A stretch of 64,000 nt of DNA from NCBI GenBank assembly GCA_000934665.2, contig JYFJ02000917.1, forward strand, positions 1 through 64,000, given 5' to 3'. The notes below the pieces were generated by a model. It searched no databases, had not been told where the DNA came from, and saw only the letters and a list, made by a program, of their open reading frames with translations. Below are positions 50,804-64,000 of the stretch, piece by piece; position 1 is the stretch's first letter, and each line of letters starts with the position of its first letter. The translations under genes were made by a program, and so were the position numbers. Source of the stretch: Catajapyx aquilonaris. Its lineage: Eukaryota.

Positions 50804-53006
50804 ATGGCAACCTGCAACGTCGTCATGTCCGTTCTGCTTATCATCAGTGCTGGTAAGCGCAATAATCTAGTAATTATATTTTGACATTTTCCAAATTGTT
50901 GCAATTGTTAATTGGTAATTAATAATAATAAGAGGTGACGTCATGTGGAAGTTTTGAAAATTGTAAGTATGAGACAATAGTGTTGCATTTAGCTCCGACC
51001 CTGCAAGGAGAGCCTTTGCAACTTGAGGATGGACCCACAGACATCGAGATCTATCGAGCAATAGTAACCTCACTGCGCCAGTTGAAGGACGCAATTCCAA
51101 TCAACGCCAATATCTGCTACGGTAAGTACTTCTGCTCATTACGCAGAAAGTGCAGCTATATGAACCAGCTATTTCCACAGACGAACTAGGGTGCTTCTAT
51201 AGCAACGAGACCTTAAAACCACTGCTTGGAATCCTTCCATCCGATCCTGATTCTGTCGGCACCCAGTTTTTCCTCTACACAGACCCAAATATGACCGAAC
51301 CCGAACAGCTACAATACAACGATACCCAATCGGTCAAAACCAGTACTTATGACCCCAAAAAACCAACAAAAATAATCATCCATGGGTTTGGAAGCAGTGG
51401 ACGAACCAGATGGGTTCACATGATCAAAGACGAATTGCTTCAGCTGGTGCGTCCCTGTGTTACATACAAAGTAAGCTAAATTTGGCAATTAATATGTTTG
51501 GCGATTATAGGAGGTAATGAACGTGATAATAGTGGACTGGAGCAAGGGCAGCTCGATGCCAAATTACCTGAAAGCCACCGCCAATACCCAGTTGGTTGGC
51601 AGGCAGGTAGCAACACTGGTTACCAAACTGGTCGAACTGGGCACAGACATCAAACGAGTCCACGTCATTGGACACAGTTTAGGAGCACACACCAGTGGTT
51701 TCGCTGGAAAATTCCTGCAACCATCCAAACTTGGACGAATCACAGGCAAGAATTTCTGCCCAATAAATATCTAAATTTAGATACTAATTTTGTTTTTAAA
51801 AATGTGCAGGGCTTGATCCAGCTGGGCCACTGTTTTGCTACGACGACAACTTGAATCCTTTGTCGCGGTTGCAGCCAACTGATGCTGATTTTGTGGACAT
51901 AATACATTCAAACGGAGGGATCATCGTCGCAGGAGATCTGGGTTGCTACGATCGCATAGGAGACTCCGATTTCTATCCAAACGGAGGACGCAGCCAACCA
52001 GGATGCTCCCATATCTTGGTAGACGCAGTCAAGGATATATTTCAAGGTCCAATATCAATTAAAATAAGCAAGTTAGACACAAAAACTGATAACTACAATT
52101 TGCATATCTGCAGGTGATGCGGAAAAAATATGTGTTGGAAACCATGGTCGAGCTACGACCCTTTTTGCTGAATCTATAGGCGACAAAAATTGCAGTTTTG
52201 TCAGCTTCGTCTGCTCTGATTATGACAATTTCGAGGAAGGAAACTGCTTTTCTTGTGATGACACCAAGTGCAATAGGATGGGCTATTTTGCAATGCCAGA
52301 TGGTGGCAAAGGTCGGTTGTTCCAGAAAACAACAGATCGGAAGCCTCTCTGTGGTAAGTCCAACAATTCTGCAAATCCAGTTCACACAGAAGAAAAATCG
52401 CATTTTTTTTCGCGCAGGAAACCAGTTTAGACTGAGCGTGACACTGGACGAAGGAAACTCATTTTTTAAGGGTAAACTGTCGCTGAAGTTGTCAGATGGC
52501 ACCGATGAGACGGAGGACTTCACCTTGACTCTGCAAGTAGATTAAAGTGGAGCTCTGCTCTCCATATTCGTAAAAGTGGGCCATTCGTTAGCATGTGACA
52601 ATCGGGAGCCCATTGAATGCAAAATGCATTATACGACTGGGTCATCACTAGGTGCGTACTAATTCTCTGACTTTTTTATGTTTGTTCACTAGCAGGGGTG
52701 GTAATCCTTTGGGATCAAGTGGTGACACCTTTACCAAAGTGTTGATTGGACGTCTGAATGGTGTTCCCGAGGTTATTGCGTTATTCTCACAGCCGTTGGG
52801 ATCGGTACCGTACCTGACCGGAAGTAAGGACCTGGTCCTTAAAAACATAGTGGTCACCGATGAACATGGACAAAGGTAAATGCCTGGAACTGACATGAAA
52901 CATGACGTGTGACACATGTTCTCTTTTTTCCAGCTCTTCTTTGTGCTCACCGGTGACAATTTCTGCCGGAAACGAGGTCGACCTGAAATTGAAAAGTTCG
53001 TGCTGA
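50804..53006 (+). CDS. Pancreatic lipase-like protein, copy 10, divergent subfamily (9 exons)
   Basis: [51 protein letters not shown]; stop TGA 53004-53006; AATAAA ~53039. Confidence 0.9.
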
Positions 53007-53154
53007 AATATCAACGCAATGTACAATGCATTATTGTGAAATAAAAGCCAATGCTCTGGTGTTATAAATGGGTCAGATCATTCATTTGAATAGTAAATAA
53101 CCCTTTGTGTATATAAATAAAGTATCTATTGCCATAATCTGTCTCATTTCGAGT

Positions 53155-55787
53155 ATGGAACTGTGCATATTAGTGCTTCTGTGCTTCGGTACGGCCGAAA
53201 GTAGCGTCTTCGGTACGTCTCATACTGATGTTGAGGAGTTCGCTAAGTTGAAGAAGCTGGTGGCCACTTATGATGTGAAGCAAACTCCACAGTCACAAAA
53301 AGGCGAGGAACCCACGGATATCGAGCTGTACCGTGCGGTACTGACAGCTCTTCGGATATTACAGTCATACGTGACCCTTGGCACTCCCAGACACGTGTGT
53401 TACGGTAAGTATGCAATAAGTTTTAACGATTTAAGAGTGCAGTGGGTCATACCACCCTCTGCATAGCGCATATCCTTCCTTCCTTTTTAATCATCTCCCA
53501 TAGAGTATGTAGGCTGCTTCCACAGCAACGGTACCATGAGGCACCTTCTGGGAGTCCTTCCGGCGGATCCCAAACACGTGTCGACCACGTTCGTACTGCA
53601 CTCGGGTAGTTCCCACGCAGCTCCGAGAACCATTTCCTACGCGGATTCGGTCAACCTGGTGAACTTTGACCCGAAGCTGCCCACTCGGTTCTTGGTGCAT
53701 GGATTCGGGAGCAGTGGTCAAGTCGGATGGGTCCAGAGGATGAGGAGGAAGATTCTGGAGAGAGATCCAAGGACCAACGTGGTGGTGGTGGACTGGCACC
53801 AAGGGGCGACATACCCGAATTATCTGAAGGCTGCAGCCAATACAGAGCTGGTCGGAAGGCAGGTCGCCCTCGTGGTCCAGAGGATGGTCGTCTTAGGGGC
53901 ACCTCCGGAGTCCATTCATTTGATAGGACACAGTCTGGGGGCGCAGATCTGCGGGTTCGCAGGACAGACGCTGCAGAAAGGAGGGGTCAAGCTGGGGAGA
54001 ATTTCAGGTATGGTCGGAACAAGTACAAAAAAATAAAAATAAAAATATCATTTGGCTATCTGATGACATATTATCAAAAATTACAATACCAGACGTGCAA
54101 AAAAGGTTCGAAAACTACTCCACCGGGAAATATTGTTGAAAGCGCTGCTGACATATGAGATATCAAACACAATCATCATCATGACGAGTGAGTTTTCCTG
54201 CTGCTCACGTTCTCGCGTAACTGATTCTTCCTCCATTTTTTGTTGGAAAGTGCACTTGTCATCTAGTTACCGTTGGTGTTTTCAAAACGCGATAGTTGCC
54301 ATGTCATGCCCACGACAAGGGCGCAGAATTTGCACCAGTTAACTTTAAGGAATTTAATTTACCGCAAGTTACGCAAATGCATTAGTCATTCAACACCTCC
54401 GCGTGCAAGTGAGATTTTAAAAGCGTGTATCATGATGCGGGCCTTCTTCCGGTTCAATATCAACTTTCTTGGAGGAAATGTTTTCACACTCTCATCATAC
54501 ATGACAAAGGAAAATTGTCAACCAGGAAATACGGCAGACAATATTCCTTGATGCAGTTGGCAGCTCCCAAGAAATGAATAAGCCAAAAATTATTGCAGGC
54601 TCAATTTTTTTTAGTTTTATTCTGCAAGTACCCAGCCAATAGACTCTGCAAAAAATACGGTAATTATAGAGAGTAATTTGTCAAATGATGCAGGTCTGGA
54701 CCCAGCAGCGCCTCTTTTCTGCTACGACACCAACCTGCCATTGTCAGCACACCTAGGCCCAGAAGACGCCCAATTCGTGGACATAATCCATTCAAACGGA
54801 GGCATAATTTTGGCAGGCGATCTGGGTTGCTACGACAAGATGGGAACAGTTGACTTCTATCCAAATGGTGGAAGACAGCAGCCAGGATGCGCAATCCGTG
54901 CATTTCCAGATACTGCAAACACACGTAAGTATAGTTTCATATCCAGTTAATATGTATAAGGTAACTGCTTATTGTTTTTCAAAGGTGGAGATGGACACGC
55001 GTATTGCAGCCACGGAAGAGCCATAGACTTCTTCATATCTTCCATAACTCCGGCTAGATCCTGTCGTTTTTCCTCGTTTCCTTGTTCGAGTTACGAAGAA
55101 TACGAATCCGGGAGGTCATTTTCATGCGAGGATGGCAGCTGTGGCGAGATGGGTTTTTACGCTCGCTCGGTTACAGGAAGAGGACGGCAATGCCTGGGAA
55201 CATTAGGAGACGAACCATTTTGCGGTGAGTGGCACCCACCCAACGTGGCTTCATAAAACATTCTGATGGATATGCTTGCAGGAAGCCAGTTAAGAATAGA
55301 GATGCGAGGTGAGATCATGCCTGGAGACCACTTCACACTGTCGTTAAGTGATGGACACAAAACGGCTAGTGACATCGAGCTTGTCGCGTAAGTACTACAT
55401 TGCTCGTATTATTCACTCTACATTTCTGCTAAATTTCAGGTCCAATAAGTTCACATCTGCAGTAAAAGAGCGTGTATTTCAAATAGTGACCGTGACCCCT
55501 CCTGCCAGCATCGACCTAGACGGACCAATAGTGGTCCGTCTGTCGTTCACACCGAAGCCGAAAGTGCATAAAGAGGCTGCCAGAAGACACCTGATAAGCT
55601 TTTCCGTGACGGATCAGGAAGGAAGAAGGTTTGTCACGCATCGTACACCAACGCCCCATCTAATCACAAAGCGTCACTTATGTCATCTTTTATCTGTGCA
55701 ACCAGCTTTCACCACTGCGAGCATGTGGAATTCTCCAACCAGAAACCGGTGAAGTTGGTGTTGCGACCTCGGCCGTGCCCTCCATAG
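53155..55787 (+). CDS. Pancreatic lipase-like protein, copy 11, same subfamily as copy 10 (7 exons)
   Basis: TATA at 53110; MELCILVLLCFGTAES; VHGFGSSG, GHSLGAQ, GLDPAAP, YCSHGRA; stop TAG 55785-55787. Confidence 0.92.
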
Positions 55788-58123
55788 TGAACTCTACACT
55801 TCTTCTTTGAAAATTTTTTTTGGTCAAAAAATAAAGCCAGCAGTCAGACGACCTAATTTGTGAACTCTAAGAGACATGTTGCCCTCTGTAGGAATCGACC
55901 ACATACTAACCAGTAACGATGATCGTGAGAAAGAGGGCGGCGTCATCTTGTAATCAACTTGGCATGTTTGCTTGCTTCTTTTCCTTCTCTCTTCACTTCT
56001 TTTTTTTTTGCATGAGTTGTTTCCTTCAGCGGTGCCTTTTGTTGTCCTTTTTGCCCTCCCATCCAACCCACCTAAGGATTGCAGGCCCTGGAGGCACGAA
56101 TTGGCCCCGAAAAATCATCCGATGGCTGCGATTCGTTTGAGGCCATGACATTGAAGACTGATTTTCAATTAGGCTTCTTCCCGTGTGGTCGTCTCATGTT
56201 CCAACATAGGTGTGACAGGAAATGTTACGTAGGGGTGCTTGAGGCTCGTGTTTATAATAACAATGCGACGAGAGGGGCTTGATGTCGCAAGAAAAGAATA
56301 AGGACCATCCGGTCCAATGTAATTAAGGTCAATATGGCCCTTTGAAGAGGGGGTTTAAAAAATTGCGTTGGTTTGATAAATGGCCCAATTATTGGACTGC
56401 AATATTTTGTGTCATAAAATATGCTGATAACTAAATTGTAGTGCTTAAAATTTAACCATTGACTTTGTTACCAATATTAGTAGGCCCATTAGTGTCTGTG
56501 GGAGTAGGTTTGACTTTCCATATTGTTATATTGATATTTTGTTGCGAGTATGACATGCCTAGATATGACTCTTCAAACTGTTAATGCTAAAATTAGTCGT
56601 AAACGTCAACGATACAGTAAGACGTAACGTTCGCATGAAATATTGTGCTACAAAATTGCATAGCACTCGGGTTGTAAAACCGATGTGAAAATGCAACAAA
56701 AATTAATGGAAATACTGTAAACTCTCCAAAAGAAGCTTGTTGGATATTAAAATTTACGACGCTTTGTATTCAGATTCCCGCAAAAAAATTCGTGCACTGG
56801 TGCATCAACCCACATAAAAAATTCTTCAAAACCTTGAAAAAAAAGAGGAGGTGTGAATAAGTTGCGGATGAGATGTTTAGAAAACATCTAGAACGGCAAT
56901 GATATACCGGTGCGTGAAGTTTCACACAATTGCGTGCCCGCAAAAAAATAAATAATAGCCCAACCACCTGCATCACACAATACTTACGCATTGTTTCCTA
57001 GCCCATAACCAACTCAGTGTTTATTCAATTGTGGGAAAATGCAACAAGACGTCTTAATTTTACACGCCACTGGAAAAGGCACATCACTGCGCTCCATTTC
57101 TTGCCCATAGAAAAGAGTAAAACGTAACGGTGCCAGGCTTGTATACCAATGTCTCCTGACTCTGACCTGCTCTCATGTTCATTTATTATCTGACTGTTTT
57201 TTTCCCCTTCTTCTACGTACACGCTTCTTTTTAATTAGTCTAGTGCAGGTCATTGCAGAAATTAAGGACTGCTGCAATAAATTTTTGTGCGACCCGTTAC
57301 GCCATTTTTTTGCGGCCTGAGGGGCTATTAGATATGCGAAAAATTATTTGGCAGGCCATGAGTAAAGAAGAACAGTTAAGCAGTCGCAAAAATAATATTT
57401 TCCCTCTAGGCTGTCGCACGAGGCCAGAGACGGATGCACAATTTTGACTAACGGAAAAAAAACTGTCTTGGAAAGCAGAGTAGAAAAGGAAGTACCGGTA
57501 CACATCAAAATGTTGTACAACATGAACCAAAATAAAGCTTGCAATATATTTGAAAACAGCTTTTTTTTTAGAATGAGGAGAGTAGGTCCCCTTCTGCTTT
57601 TAAATGAAACCATGAGACCTGCTGGTTAACCACTGCTGGGAGGCTATCATGCCCACATTATTCTCATCTCTGAATTTGAAGGATATCATCATCATTGTTT
57701 GTTTTTATTGTTGCTTTGTTCGAAGATTCGTAGCGATAACCGGTTGGGTGTTAACCACACACTATTAATCATGGGGTTAATTTCGGTGACCCCTTGTGTC
57801 CTAAACTAAGCGTATCTAAACGAACAAGGGGACCACAGTTTAACGGTAAATTGCGGGTTACTCCTCCCATTGGCCCCTCCTTCGTAAATATAGCCTTTGC
57901 CATTATTGCCTGCCACAAATTATTTTTGGTCAAAATAACGGGCCGACGATTCTACAGGTGTAAATAAGAAGCGCACTATGATCTTCTTACCTGGTCCACT
58001 TTCGCTAGGTGCAAAAGTGGAACGGTTTTGCGATATGGACAACCCCGTCGCTAAAAATTCCTTCATTATACAGTATCCTACAATGCAAATTACCGGTACT
58101 GTCACCATGCAATGGTTAATTAC

Positions 58124-58401
58124 CGCACACTTCCTGCACGGAAATCTTCCAAATCATTTCCTCCACATGCAATCTCAGGAAATGACCTCTGGTTAACCCC
58201 CAGGTCGTAGTGTCCCGCAAATTGGACATGTTTTTTTTTTGCGGATTGGTGGTGGTAGTTTGGGGTGGTGGTGGTGGTGGGGGTTGTTGGTGGAAATAAA
58301 ACGGCTAGCTCGGAAAGTGGAGTTCGCCAGTTGTAAAAGCACGAAAGTTGCCGCACGGACAGTCTAGCGGTATGGCGAGCCGGCGCACGAAGCTCTACTG
58401 A
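58124..58401 (-). other. Candidate first exon of an unidentified minus-strand transcript
   Basis: GA-repeat then TCAGT initiator (58401-58397), GC-richer leader, AAAAAC-ATG at 58229, 35 open codons, donor G|GTAATT at 58123. Confidence 0.3.
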
Positions 58402-61400
58402 CCCCGTTAGTCTCTCTCTCCACAAGTTCCACACCTCTCCCCAACCCTTCCTCCTCAACCATTTTCTTGTCCAAAGAAACGACCCCTTAGTTGCAAACAA
58501 CCGCAGTCGACTTACAGACGTGATGGGATAAAGTGCTGTTCATTTTTTTTTGGTCACATGGTCGTCTCCAGTGGATGTGCAGTGTGAACGGGGCCAGTTT
58601 GGACAAGCTTAATATTATTTGGGGTAAGTTGGATCTCTTTCGGTGGATATTCCATTCAATTGGTTTTTCAAGTCGAGGTGTGTCTGTCTGACAGCAGGAT
58701 GGACTGAGTGAAGAGTGGCAGACAGGGTGGCCTATATATGGGATATTATTCAGCCTACACTAAACAGAGAGTTATATTTAGAAGACAACAATGTGAATAG
58801 TCGAACTTCGTGTATAGTTAGGGTTTCAGGATCTGTCTGAGGAGGTTTACTTATACGTGTTTGTAAAGAGTTTCTGGAGTGTGGTTGAGGATGAGACAGC
58901 GCATGATTTGAAGGGTTTCAGATCAAAAACGGCCAACACAAATTGTACAGAGTAATCAATGATAAACTACCGGACAATACTCATTGCAGTGCTAGACACT
59001 GCCAACAGTGGCAGTACGTATATGAAATAGAGCAGGTAAGATACCATACCTTCATTGATATATACTGTACAAGTGGCGAGAAGCACTGTGTACTATACGG
59101 CAATCATGAATGAGTATAACATTATCTTGTGGTTTGTTACTTCTGCTTGAGTTGTGTGCTATAGAATAAACAGTCTACGTGTCTATGTTCCTTAGCATTA
59201 TCACAGAACGTGTTTCATTTCCACAAAAAAATCGTGCTAAAATGGACGCCTTTTGAGCACATGTGCAGCGAAGAATGCATTACTTGCATCAAAAGAGAGC
59301 AGATGTACAATTAGGTTTGCTATACAGTATTCCTGGATGCAATGCAGCATCACTCTGTACAGTCATCGAAGCAAGATATTTAAAGACACGTGTGTTTGTC
59401 TGAAAAGATCCGTTCTGATAGAGAGCACGAGGAAATCTACCAGAATGAAATGCACAAAATGTTAACAACAATGTCATCTGATACCTTCGTTCATACAGCT
59501 ATGGTCGGTGGATTAGTATTAATTCATTCCATGCATGTCGCTGAATATCTATTTTCCTTTTCAGTGTAGCCATCTTCATAATCAATTCATTGTGAACGTT
59601 TACCTTATTCATTACGAAGAGCAAAAACTGTTTATCCAGCATGATGATCCGTTGATGGGATGGCCGTATAGCATGACTTGGAAAGCATTATTGTACACAA
59701 TTCTGAGAAAAAAAAGCGGTGGAATGCCGTGCAACAGCCTTCCACGGAAGCAGATGTAGTTTTATTACAATACGAGTGTGTGGCCCTACATATTCGAGAG
59801 AGACGGGATATTCTTTTTCAAGTTAGGTCCAGCTTTATACTGATGAGTTCAGACTTTTAACAGTGTTCAGGGGATCTTACTATCAAATTTATGAAACGCT
59901 GCACGTATTTTTTTCGTTGCCAAAGCTGTTTAATTGATTTAACTGTAAAGAGAAATAACAATTATAGGCAATTTCCAGTAAAGTGAAAATTTACTGTAAA
60001 TAACAATATTTCACAGGCAATTTGCAACAAGTTATCGTAATTGGCATCTCGAAAAGCATAACGTTTGATGTAAAATTCGAAATTTTCCCGCTTCAAATGT
60101 AACTCTTGGAAACCAGGGACGACAAAAAACGCACATAAACGCAATACACCGTGACGTTACATTTGAAATGTTACCTCTTACCTCGTGTGAAGTTTATTAA
60201 CAAAACGCATGATGACTCCGAAGAAAGGAACATATCTTTTCAACAACGTGTGAGCAACACATGTTCCATATTCTAGATTACAAGTACACTTTAATTAAAA
60301 GTGCACGCATTATTGTTTCATACTTGTAATTTTACCACCTCATATGTTTACTTGCATAGCCAATTATGGCTAATTACGAGTCAGCAATTGAGTCGGTGTG
60401 TCAGTATACTATAGGAGAAGAAAAGGATACGAGTATGCAAAATCGTGAGTTAAAAAAATTGTAGATTTATCGTATAATCACTGCAAAAGGTCGCTTGCAC
60501 GTGCCTAACATACAGATAATTTGACCACAACAGGATAATGCGACAGGAGACTTGACAGGCAGAAAATAACGGTATATTCCCCTAAGTGTCGTGTATGCCA
60601 CCTGGCCGGTTAATACGAATCCCTTTGACAAATTGTCAATTAAATGCCAGGCTCTGACACTGCCTGGCAAGAATCGTGTTACCCGGAATGTGAACCTCTT
60701 CTATAATTCATTACGCGCCATTAACAATTTTAACAGGCACGTAAGTCGCTGCTAGTAATTATATTGGTTCCTATACAATGAGAACGCAGAAAGTTTGAGA
60801 TGCGTTGAATTATTGGCAAAAATTATATGTCGCTGCGCAACCAGAAGCTATGTAGACCTGATAACAGTCGACCTGATAATCGATATTGGTAGAGTAACGG
60901 AGAATGGCATTGTTTACGACTGCTCTTCAGTTCCAACTCATTTATTTTGTCATTTTTTTTAAATCCTCCAGTTTGCCACTGGCATGGTTACAGTTTTCTA
61001 ACGCACGACAGGTTCCTTTTACATTCATTAACTGCAATCTCAGCACGAACAGTTGAACTTTGTAATTCATGCATAACACTTCCATTGCGACTCACGTAAC
61101 AAGAAGGTAAGGTCAACTCTTACAGGTTATAGCAAACGTAAAAAAAAATCACATCATTTGGTCGTAACTGTCTAGAAAATCATCTGAGCAATTATTTAGA
61201 GAATAAGGCCTAGCATAGAAAATCACCTAAACGTCCTAAAGACAAAAAAACAACAACACGTGTGTGAACCTAGATTAAGAAAATAACCGCAAGAAATCTT
61301 ACGAAAGAGCTAAAAATATGCTCTCAAAACTTTTTGAGTGCTGATTTCACTTTTTCTATTTGAATGGACACATCCATTTTCAGCGAATTCAATAACGCAA

Positions 61401-64000
61401 TATATTATTACTGTAAAATTTTCAAGATTTGAGTTAAATGTTTTGAACCAGTCAATGGATAGAAAGGATTGCAACAGTGTAACCTCACAGACGGATTAAC
61501 TGTTACGAACCTGTGTATTACAACCTCTGCCGATTCTTCTTTGAACAGGCCAATCAGTCAGATCAAGCAGCAATATTATCTGCAGGGGCTATACAGCTCC
61601 TGCGTCATTTTTATCCTCCGATCGTTTATATACATCCCTTCAGCACACTAAATGCACATTGACCCCTGTCAGACCTCCAACGGTGCCCACTCCATCATTG
61701 TTATTACCTTCTCCCACCGCACAGGGGCCAAGCCATGCCTGCGAGCCTGGTTGAGTGAAAACCCCAAAAACAAAAAGGACATACGTATAAAGTCGTATAG
61801 AATAAGTCCCGAGGGTCCGACACCAGATTCCAGCACTTTCCCACCAAAGTATGCCGGAGTTCAACATTGCTACCGGATTATTCGCTTTCTTTTTGGAACT
61901 GGTTGCCCCATTTCTTTTTATTTCCCTCCCCATCCCCCCACCTCTCCCCACCTCTCTACCCACACTCTCTTAAATGTGCACAATGTGCTCTGCTGACACT
62001 TCATTAAAATATATAAGAAAAAAGAGGAGAGAATGCTGTCCGGAGGCGCTCACCTTGACAAGACCATGACGGGCGCATATGTCAACGTCATATTGTCCAA
62101 AAATAATTTTTGCAATTTGCTGAGCATAACATGTCATTCATGAAAGTAATATGTCTGTATTCTTAAATATTTATTGGAGTGTTCGTCATTCAGGTTGAGG
62201 ATTTCGTACTCGAAGAAATCGTTGAAATAATTTCAATGATTTTTACGAGTACCACCTTTCGAGTACCAATTACTGGAAACTGTTTTCTCAAGATGTCAAA
62301 ATATTAGCATAGTAATAATATTGTCATATCATTCAAATATGCTCAAACGTATAACTATGTCATTCATACATTCTTAGAGCATTAATATTCTGGAATTAAA
62401 CGCGTTGAAGCTGAAAACACATTTTTAAACTAAATTATGTCAGAAACGTGCTCAAATGCCACTCACGGTATGACACCTGATGCTCATGACGTTAAAATTA
62501 AGTAAAAATATGTTTAAAATTTATTGAGTATTTTCCACTCTTGTGTGTTCATATACAAATTCCTTAAAGTCGAAATACCCTTTTTCTCGATAAGTGTCTG
62601 AAGTTGTCAGAAAAAGTAGTTCCACACTCTCTAGTGCACTCCAATATAACACTCAATTTGACTGGAGAGAAGAACTCTTAAAAAAATTTTATAACCCAGA
62701 ACTTTACATGTAGAAGTGGCTTGAGACCAGACTTGATGAAACCGTTATTCCAACTTGCTCCGTGTAACCTCAGGCTGTGAAAAACCTATGACGGAAAATA
62801 GCGGGGCACGTATGAGATTTACTGTCGCTCAAATGAAGAATAAATTATATATATTAATCAGAAGGTGGAGAACATAAAGGGGTTGGTGTCTATGTTTTTT
62901 TTCGCGAATAAGACGTGGGGGCAATTTTCTATTGAAAGTAGGCCTCGAGTCTTCTCTATGCTCATGAGAATTTCGCCGCCTTGCATTTCACTTCCTACGG
63001 AGAGTTTAAATATAGCTGGACAGTTCGGATGTAAGAGCATTGTCTTGCGTGGAGGTTTGACAACGTCACTTTCACCTCGGATTGGGTGACTTTCTCGGAC
63101 CGGACTACATGCGGTGGCTTTTATCAGCTCTGTAACAGCACGAAGGAAGAGTGTTCTCTCAACCTTACGCTCCTTTTTTTTAACTATTCTTTCCGGTGTG
63201 CACAATGATGAATATGCACAAAATTTGGGTAAACCTGACCTGAGAGAGAGAGTGATTAAATTTAAAATGATGCAACAGTACGGGACAATGCCAGAGTAAA
63301 ATTAGAGAATGTTATTCGTCACAAATGTGTTGTACGTGACATACCGGTATTGGTTAGGATGTGATTCTTTAGTCTTCAATAAGAGCAGACATTAAGTCAC
63401 GTGCGAACAATAGGCTACACTTGATTTATCACACATTTGTCAGCAACGTTATACCATTAACTGATAATTATCTTTATTCAATTAGGAATTGCACATTTCA
63501 TTTTTTCCGGTTTTTAAGTAATAAATTAATCAGAAGTATGCGATAATGTGTAATGCAATTAAGAGAAATTTGTGATACTCTGTACGCTTCCTGATGATTG
63601 GATAAAACAAAGTACCTAGCAAAGAGTAACAAAGTAACTTATAAAATGTACGTGTACATTGTAAATCGTCAGCACTACACACAACTTTGACACTACCATA
63701 CATTTTCCTTTTTTTATTATCTGGCCATTAAACCGGTTGCATCTCTGAGTCACGGAGCAGTGCACTGCCGATAATCCTAAATTATGTCAGTCGCAACAAT
63801 CCGTTATCAGAGTTTTGTACAACCATTTTTGTTACGAAACCATCCCCAAAAATGTGCTCACCCACTGACCCACTTTGCAAATATCACGCTCAAAGATTCC
63901 CTTTCGTTCATCAGTCAACCTCTTAATAATAAAACCAGCTCGAACCCATGCGCATTTTCTCCTCAAACACCTGGAGCCGATGAAGTAGTAGGTTAAATAT

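Noticed and set aside
3482..55787. Catalytically dead (yolk-protein-like) or pseudogenised lipase copies
   Set aside because: All 11 keep Ser, Asp and His and can be spliced in frame
61640..63299. ORFs of 107-115 aa near the right end
   Set aside because: No domain motifs or consistent splice structure; compatible with chance ORFs

Overview
Eukaryotic invertebrate genomic DNA: AT-rich, mostly 55-90 nt introns, arthropod-like judging by the MADF-BESS gene and TCAGT initiator. The window is dominated by a head-to-tail array of 11 intron-containing pancreatic-lipase-family genes on the + strand (3.5-55.8 kb). Each has an intact Ser-Asp-His triad and a C-terminal PLAT-like domain. They fall into subgroups (copy 1; 2-5; 6-7; 8-9; 10-11) that differ by co-varying residues, N-termini and intron positions. 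A MADF-BESS gene lies at the left end. An F-box/LRR gene on the - strand sits between lipases 7 and 8, inside one copy of a diverged local duplication. Small mobile elements include a tRNA-derived SINE, hAT- and Harbinger-type MITEs, truncated retroposon ends and a possible Helitron end; there is also a 27-bp minisatellite. 56-64 kb is essentially non-coding. I found no prokaryote-type system and nothing I can show to be a wholly new system; the best leads are the diversified lipase array and the F-box island. Gene models were assembled by eye and no database search was possible.
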